The position numbers were made by a program, and so were the translations under genes. Below, one piece after another: positions 57,695 to 64,000 of a stretch of 64,000 bases of DNA. Location: sequence record NC_070950.1. The stretch is one strand, 5' to 3'. Below the pieces are notes generated by a model, which did not search any database, had not been told where the DNA came from, and saw only the letters and a program-made list of their open reading frames with translations. The first letter of the stretch is position 1; each line of letters opens with the position of its first letter.

Positions 57695-59083
57695 ATGAAT
57701 AACCTGAACAAACTTTATCTGTCCATGCTGGAAGCTTGGGGTGCTAAAATGGAACCCGATCATAGTCTGGTTATGGTTCTGGATGGAGAGAAGTACCCTA
57801 TTAAGGTTGATGGAATGAATGTCTATCTCCCGGTAGACACTGTTCTGGATGGTAACACCATGGATAAAGTTTTCTTCCATCCGGCCTGCGAAAGTATTAT
57901 CAGCCGTGAAACCGAGATCTTTAAAGTCATTCGTAAACTGACCGGCATGAAGCTTCTGGATACCTTTAAAAAGCTCCCCCTGGTTCTGTTCAATATCGCG
58001 TCAAAACGTTCCAACAAAAATCTGCGTAGTGATCTGGTTGATATCATCGATCCGTTACGCGACGTCAAAGAAGCAACGCGTAAAGAAGTAATGAATCTGT
58101 TTGAACAAATGCGCGTCGATCTCGAAGAGAACGCAACTGTCGACAATCGTTTCATTCACTTCCAAACAACACGCGGCGGCCGTAGCAAAGTAGGCGGGGA
58201 AAAGATCTGTTATAAAGCTAAACCTATTTTCCCGTTCTATTCGGAAATGGCGAAAAAGCTGAATCGCAGTGAAGGTCTTCCGGATAACCAATCTGTTGAT
58301 GTTAACGGATGTCAGATTAGTGTGGGCGGGCTCCGGATCGCCGTGGGTATCTTTAAAGCAGTGTTCCCGGAAATCGATACACCGGACTTCTACGAGTTCG
58401 AATATCATCATCCGGATGCCGCTCGTCTCTGCGCGTTCTCTGGGGCGTATGTCAACGTGGCTGAATCCATCAACTCTCTGCAGAACTCGTTCCGTACTGA
58501 GTTCGATAAGGTTGGAGTGTATGGGTTGGAAGTGGGCTTCTTTGAGAAGATGGATAATATCTCCGAATTCTACAAACAAGTTCCTGCCATGAACTATAAC
58601 TCCCAGAATACGGTGGCGGATAGTTCATCAGGTAAATCACATTTGATCGACCAGGTGATCAACACTCAGTCGGTGATTAGCCAGAATCAGCCGCAGCAGA
58701 ATCCCCAACAACATATCGGTGGCGACAGCAACAACGGGTTCCGTTCTGTTGTAGAAGCCAGTATGCAGCCTGGTGAAGTTTATCAGGGTTGGTATTACGA
58801 CCAGAACACATCGTTCTATATCCACACCACGATGTCTACTGCCGGTCAGGTAAGCTATCGGATAACTCGCGCCGGTAACTTACTCAGCCGAGAATATAAC
58901 GGGGTACCTCAGCAGCAAGGGATGTATCCGGGATACGGTCAGTATTATCAGCAGCAGTATATGCAACCTATCGCTTACGCTAACGTAGGTGCGCCTCAGC
59001 AACAATATGTGGTGGCGACTCCTCAGATGCAGCCGTCGGTTGTGAACACTGGTTATCAGCAGCCGTCCATTGTGACTTTCTAA
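57695..59083 (+). CDS. Conserved protein (phiKZ gp70-like by synteny) with Gln/Tyr-rich C-terminus
   Basis: 462 aa; followed by hairpin GTGAATGGG-GAAAT-CCCCATTCAC near 59097. Confidence 0.6.
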   Translation: MNNLNKLYLSMLEAWGAKMEPDHSLVMVLDGEKYPIKVDGMNVYLPVDTVLDGNTMDKVFFHPACESIISRETEIFKVIRKLTGMKLLDTFKKLPLVLFNIASKRSNKNLRSDLVDIIDPLRDVKEATRKEVMNLFEQMRVDLEENATVDNRFIHFQTTRGGRSKVGGEKICYKAKPIFPFYSEMAKKLNRSEGLPDNQSVDVNGCQISVGGLRIAVGIFKAVFPEIDTPDFYEFEYHHPDAARLCAFSGAYVNVAESINSLQNSFRTEFDKVGVYGLEVGFFEKMDNISEFYKQVPAMNYNSQNTVADSSSGKSHLIDQVINTQSVISQNQPQQNPQQHIGGDSNNGFRSVVEASMQPGEVYQGWYYDQNTSFYIHTTMSTAGQVSYRITRAGNLLSREYNGVPQQQGMYPGYGQYYQQQYMQPIAYANVGAPQQQYVVATPQMQPSVVNTGYQQPSIVTF

Positions 59084-59139
59084 CTTAACCTGTGTAGTGA
59101 ATGGGGAAATCCCCATTCACTATTTTTTTGGGATAAAAT

Positions 59140-59490
59140 ATGCGATCTGTCGTTTTAACTAAAGATTATTTGCTTTACTGGGAAAAGCAAAACCGCATTA
59201 CGGTCAGAAATATTGTAAATCTCCTCAACGTTAAACCAGTTTACGGGGAGCTTTTATCGGATCTTCATACCAGAGTGGATTCAGAAAGACTCACCGTTGA
59301 ATTTCGTAACGTCGTGGCGAAGTTTGAAAGATTTAAACTAACTCCCCAATTGAATATTGAAGCGGACGTTTCTTTCATGGGAAGCCTAAAAGAAAACACG
59401 CCTCCCTCCTCCGACGTGGTTTACCACGCCAGAGGATTTTTAATGGGAGACCGTTTAAACGTTGTTGCTATTGACGTTTCGTTGAAATAA
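59140..59490 (+). CDS. Hypothetical protein, 116 aa
   Basis: GGA RBS. Confidence 0.55.
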   Translation: MRSVVLTKDYLLYWEKQNRITVRNIVNLLNVKPVYGELLSDLHTRVDSERLTVEFRNVVAKFERFKLTPQLNIEADVSFMGSLKENTPPSSDVVYHARGFLMGDRLNVVAIDVSLK

Positions 59491-59524
59491 ATTAAAACTA
59501 CACATTGTATCTTAAGCGACTATG

Positions 59525-59848
59525 CTAACTTAACCTCTGAGTGTTGGCTTTGGAAATTAAGTTGTCGACGATTTGCTGGTCGACATAAAGAAACGTAGTC
59601 ATTCCACTAACGTCTTGACTTGGATCCGTGATTTTATTTAAAAAACAAGTTATCCATCTCATTTCAATGGGTATGTTGTGCGCTCTCAAAACACGACTAA
59701 AATCGTACTTGTGTGCATTAAGAAAACTTCTATCGGAGATAACCTGGGTCTTAGCCATGGAAGTTAAATAATCAATGTTGCTGCGTAATAAGACCTTGGT
59801 ATCCTCGGAGAAGTAAACGTCATCAACGGTGACAAAATTACTGAACAT
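59525..59848 (-). CDS. Hypothetical protein, 107 aa
   Basis: AGGAG RBS on the minus strand. Confidence 0.6.
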   Translation of the reverse strand: MFSNFVTVDDVYFSEDTKVLLRSNIDYLTSMAKTQVISDRSFLNAHKYDFSRVLRAHNIPIEMRWITCFLNKITDPSQDVSGMTTFLYVDQQIVDNLISKANTQRLS

Positions 59849-59923
59849 AAGCTAACTCCTTTAAGACCTATATCATCGCGATGTACCACAACTTTAGGAA
59901 TAATAACGATAGAGGCACGTTTC

Positions 59924-62035
59924 ATGGTAGAAAAATTTGTCTATAAGAAACCCACAAACCAGCTTAAACCAGAGTTGATGTCTATCAATATTAACTTGAA
60001 CTCATTTCCCTGGTCGGTTTCATCGTCACGTCAATATATGTTGGGTGGTAACGTAGCTAAAGCGGTTTCCGTACAAGGTGCGTCGACAAGACGCAATCCT
60101 ACCGGCTTCGAACCAGAATATGCTAAGTACGCTCGTAAAGTCGTAGCGCCGTCAAACATGACTGTAGAGAGAACATTTTATCAGCGATCTCTACAACCCG
60201 GTAGCAATCTTGCAGATGATTGGGCGGAGATCCACGTTATCTTCTTTAATGAAGAACACCAGCTTTATGATCTCTTAACTATTCCACGATTTAATACGCA
60301 GAATACTTATGTTGGGTTTGAGTACAAACTTAACAAGGATAACCTTCGTAAACTCAGTACAGAATCACCGACCTTTAAGAAAGGCGATGTGTTTGCGTAT
60401 TCTCCAAATATCAGCGATACTGGAGAGTGGATGTTTGGTACTGAGGCGATGGTTTGTGGGATGACCGCACCTTATACCGAAGAAGACGGCATTGCTATTA
60501 CTGAGAGTTTTGCTCGTAAGCTGACCAGCATCTTCCAACATTCTCGTAAGTTCTCCTGGAACGAAGCAGAGTACGTGCCGCTGAATCTTTATGGAACATT
60601 AGATTCTCCACGGCCTTTCCCTGAGAACGGAGAAAGTATTCGTAGTGACGGTATTGTCATGGGGTTCCGTAGACGTGACACTTCGAGCGCTCTGGTGGGC
60701 TTAACCAAAAAAGCACTCATGCGTCCTGATCAAACTTATGATATTCTTTTCTACGCGCCTAAAGATTGCGTTGTTAAAAATATCTCCGTCAAGTCAGATC
60801 GTTATAAGAACGTTTCCAATAACAAACGTCAGGAGAAGATTACTCAGCCTCACACTCAGTTGCTGGAACGTTATGAGCAGCGTTCTAACCAAATGGCGTT
60901 TGAGGTCCAGGAGTGGTATTACCGGATGGATGCGAAGTTTAAAGATTCCGATCTTCCTTTCACCCATGCGCTCCAAGAGTTCATCTCTAAACAGTTAGGT
61001 GATGTCACTAAAAACTTCGCTACCGGCAAGTATAACCAGGTCAAGCGAACCCACCGCAATAAGGCGCTTTTGGATTGGAACGTCGAGATTACTTTAAAGG
61101 AAAGAGTCACTGCGCGTAAACGTTTTAAAATTACCGACACTCAAGGCGCAAAAGGCGTAATCGTTCACATTATACCCGATGCTAACGCACCTCGATACGC
61201 CGATGGACGTCGATCAGAAGTCATCATTAATAACACTCCTGCTTTTAGACGCCAGATCTTTTCGGCGTTAATAGAAGCTGGGGTTAACTTAATAGGCTTG
61301 GAGATCGAAAACAGGATCAGGGTTCTAGTCGCTCAAAATGGAGGGTATAAGAAAGCTTATCAGGAGCTCATTAAGTTTTATCGTTCTACCGCTCCGGAAT
61401 TCGCTGATATCGTTGACGCCGCCCTCCCCACGGAAGAAGAACAATTCGATCACGTTGACTTTGTGTTGAGTGATAAGATCTGCGTTCAACGTCGAAGCGA
61501 CACTCAGCTGTATGGTGCCGACATTCTGCGATTGATGCGTGAGACCTATCCGGATATCAAACCTCAGAAGGCAATTTACGTTAACGAGCTCGGTCAGGAA
61601 ATCACCACCATGTTCCCTGTCAGTATCAGCAGCATGTATTACATCCTACTTGATAAGTTCGGTAACGATATGAGTTGCCAGTCATTCCCTAAGCGTAACG
61701 TGTACGGTCTGCCGTCTAAGTTGAACCATGGCGATCGTTATAGGGATTGGCACCGTGCTCAACCAGGCCGTAATATGGGCGAGGCGGAATCACGTCAGAA
61801 AAACACTCAGATGGGGGGAGAGGAAGTTGTAAGGCAGTTGGCGGCAGCTAACTCCCCTTACGTTTGTATCATGATGACGAAGCGTATTATTCGGGCTAAT
61901 AACCCGTTTCGAATTAAAACCATTATTAAACCTGAAGAGTATGCGATGAGCCGATCTTTGGGAATGACGATGAATTTACTTAACGACGCGGGTTATACTT
62001 TACGTAAGGAAAAAGACAGTGATCTTACTTCGTGA
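59924..62035 (+). CDS. Non-virion RNAP beta subunit (phiKZ gp71-73-like), uninterrupted
   Basis: SSRQYM, YTEEDGIAI, FKITDTQGAKGVI beta motifs; 703 aa. Confidence 0.88.
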   Translation: MVEKFVYKKPTNQLKPELMSININLNSFPWSVSSSRQYMLGGNVAKAVSVQGASTRRNPTGFEPEYAKYARKVVAPSNMTVERTFYQRSLQPGSNLADDWAEIHVIFFNEEHQLYDLLTIPRFNTQNTYVGFEYKLNKDNLRKLSTESPTFKKGDVFAYSPNISDTGEWMFGTEAMVCGMTAPYTEEDGIAITESFARKLTSIFQHSRKFSWNEAEYVPLNLYGTLDSPRPFPENGESIRSDGIVMGFRRRDTSSALVGLTKKALMRPDQTYDILFYAPKDCVVKNISVKSDRYKNVSNNKRQEKITQPHTQLLERYEQRSNQMAFEVQEWYYRMDAKFKDSDLPFTHALQEFISKQLGDVTKNFATGKYNQVKRTHRNKALLDWNVEITLKERVTARKRFKITDTQGAKGVIVHIIPDANAPRYADGRRSEVIINNTPAFRRQIFSALIEAGVNLIGLEIENRIRVLVAQNGGYKKAYQELIKFYRSTAPEFADIVDAALPTEEEQFDHVDFVLSDKICVQRRSDTQLYGADILRLMRETYPDIKPQKAIYVNELGQEITTMFPVSISSMYYILLDKFGNDMSCQSFPKRNVYGLPSKLNHGDRYRDWHRAQPGRNMGEAESRQKNTQMGGEEVVRQLAAANSPYVCIMMTKRIIRANNPFRIKTIIKPEEYAMSRSLGMTMNLLNDAGYTLRKEKDSDLTS

Positions 62036-63998
62036 TTATGCGAATCTGACCGAACGAGAGCTCCTGACCAAATGGTGGAAGAATCGTGTTAAAGTTGTGG
62101 TTAAGGATGACCACGGTGAAACACTAGAAACTGATTCTTACGTGTTGATGGTGAATTGGTATGGATTATCGATTCACCGAGCCTATAACAAAATCCCTTA
62201 TTCCATACAAGAGATATTCCAAGCCAAAGTTTGGAATGATAAAACAATACAGCGGCCCATTAACTGGTTCCTCCAAAATCAGTTGATGCCGTTAATTGAC
62301 GATCCGGTTGAAACTGATCGGATCAAGCAAATGATCTACGAGTGGCAGATCAAACTTAATAACTTCCTGCATTTCTTTGGACAGGGTGCTGAGATATCGG
62401 CATTGGGGTACGATATACTCGACGTTATGGACCATCCTTCGATGAAGAGTATCAAGGAACGGATCCATTCTCTCGAAATAACCATCGATGAAGGGGAGGC
62501 GGAATTTAAATCGCTTATCCTTGAGCATGAAGATTTCGATAGCAACACCTTTGCTTTACTCGCTAGGACCGGGTCGGTTTCGGTCAATCAGGGCTTCCAA
62601 ACCGTTATTATCAGGGGATCGGTATTTGACCTAAACAACCAGATACTCCCCAATCCTGTAGAAGCATCATTTGCAGATGGTTTGGTTAATTTGGCAGATG
62701 CTTTGGGTGAGAGTAAAGCGGCAGGCAAGAGTCTCATCAGTAACGGTCGCGCATTGGAAGATTCAGAGTGGTTCCATAGGAAATTGCATATTGTGACTTC
62801 CGTGGTGACCGATCTGCATCATCAGACTGATTGCGGGACGACCTTCACAGTACCGATTAAAATTCTTTCCAGGGATATGCTTTCTGCTATGAAGGGCAAG
62901 TATATCGTGGAAGAAGGTAAGTTGGTGTTATTAACCGATCAAACCATTAAACGTTACCATAAGGGCGACGTTATTAATATGAGGTCGGTTAAAGGTTGTC
63001 TTACCCATAAGCCTGGTGAACCTTGCGGGGTGTGTTACGGTAAGATGAAGGCGTCGATACCGTATAACGTCATCATGATGAAATCTGCGAATCCTGGCAT
63101 GTATTCCGCCACGGCAATTGCAGAACGTATTGGTCAGGCTCTTCTTTCGACCAAACACTTCATGAGACACACTCAAACTATTCCGTTCTTTGTTAAGCCA
63201 ACAGATGCGGATGTGATCTCCTCTGATACGAATTACATTTTCTTGAATAAAGAAATGTGTCGTAAAGGAACTAAGGTCATATTGGATGGGTTGATCGGAA
63301 GCGAGCTTTCTGACTTCCGAAATCTGGAATCTCTGGATGAGATCAATTTCGATCAATTGCGGACATTCCCTTCTGTTGCGTTTGAATATGAAACGGAAGA
63401 CCCGATGACCGAAGGTATTGCGATCACACAACGTAATATCACCACGTCTGTATCCTCTCGTAGTGCAAGGATGTCAAGAGAGTTTATCGAGTACGCCATC
63501 TCTAAAGGGTGGGAGAAAGATAAAAAGTTGATTACGGTCGATCTATCCGATTATCGTAGTGAGGATCCGTTGTTCTTCCTCCCTTATGTACATGAGGACC
63601 TGGATCAGTATCGTCGTCAAATCGAAGGATTTGTCTCTTTCTCCAATCGTAACAACGCTTGGAAGCAAAGGGAGATAACTCCTGAGATCTTCGGGGAAGT
63701 ATTAGGGGAAATGTGGAGCTTAGTAAACCGTAAGTTTGCCGGGATCAACATTATTCACTCCGAAATTATCCTTTACTCCCTGTTAACGAGGGATCCGTTT
63801 AACGGATTGTATAGGATACCGAGAGGCGACGAGCCCCAGTATTTCTCCGCTTTCACGCATTGTATTAACAATCGAGGAATAGGGACCCTGGCGATTTACC
63901 AGAAGCAAAATCAGATACTCGAATCCCCCGAGACGTATGATATTAAAGAACGTCAAGGAGGCGCCTTTGAGTGTTATCTGGCTCCAGCCGTCCTATAG
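62019..63998 (+). CDS. Non-virion RNAP beta-prime C-terminal subunit (phiKZ gp74-like)
   Basis: DCG...GCL...PCGVCYG Zn site; trigger-loop-like AERIGQALLSTKH; 659 aa. Confidence 0.88.
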   Translation: MILLRDYANLTERELLTKWWKNRVKVVVKDDHGETLETDSYVLMVNWYGLSIHRAYNKIPYSIQEIFQAKVWNDKTIQRPINWFLQNQLMPLIDDPVETDRIKQMIYEWQIKLNNFLHFFGQGAEISALGYDILDVMDHPSMKSIKERIHSLEITIDEGEAEFKSLILEHEDFDSNTFALLARTGSVSVNQGFQTVIIRGSVFDLNNQILPNPVEASFADGLVNLADALGESKAAGKSLISNGRALEDSEWFHRKLHIVTSVVTDLHHQTDCGTTFTVPIKILSRDMLSAMKGKYIVEEGKLVLLTDQTIKRYHKGDVINMRSVKGCLTHKPGEPCGVCYGKMKASIPYNVIMMKSANPGMYSATAIAERIGQALLSTKHFMRHTQTIPFFVKPTDADVISSDTNYIFLNKEMCRKGTKVILDGLIGSELSDFRNLESLDEINFDQLRTFPSVAFEYETEDPMTEGIAITQRNITTSVSSRSARMSREFIEYAISKGWEKDKKLITVDLSDYRSEDPLFFLPYVHEDLDQYRRQIEGFVSFSNRNNAWKQREITPEIFGEVLGEMWSLVNRKFAGINIIHSEIILYSLLTRDPFNGLYRIPRGDEPQYFSAFTHCINNRGIGTLAIYQKQNQILESPETYDIKERQGGAFECYLAPAVL

Positions 63999-64000
63999 AC

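Noticed and set aside
1-64000. CRISPR array, rRNA, canonical tRNA or tnpA transposase
   Set aside because: No regularly spaced repeat-spacer array, no rRNA or complete tRNA cloverleaf, and no Y1 or serine transposase ORF found by reading the window

Overview
This window is 64 kb of a nucleus-forming jumbo phage (phiKZ-like, Chimalliviridae). The assignment rests on recognisable core genes: virion RNA polymerase subunits, prohead protease, tail tube and sheath, terminase, PhuZ tubulin, family-B DNA polymerase, chimallin (ChmA), the non-virion RNAP block with probable ChmC and PicA homologues, and an SbcD/Mre11-like nuclease. An enterobacterial host is inferred only weakly. Three mobile nucleases are present. 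(1) A LAGLIDADG intein splits the terminase Walker A; it has the class 3 W-C-T triad and an atypical Asn1. (2) A group I intron with an HNH endonuclease splits the catalytic NADFDG|D motif of the nvRNAP beta-prime subunit. (3) A stand-alone TnpB has an omega-RNA-like 3' region but no TnpA. The least explained part is 30.9-34.2 kb. It holds an origin-like AT-rich palindromic region, then about 1.4 kb of densely structured, mostly non-coding sequence containing a complete type I hammerhead ribozyme (predicted cleavage after C33089) directly upstream of a ~550-nt multi-hairpin RNA that I cannot assign to a known family. A free-standing 46-aa peptide resembling the redox-active C-terminal tail of NrdA (..CEGGACKI) is also notable. 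All family assignments come from motif recognition and recalled synteny; no database searches were run.
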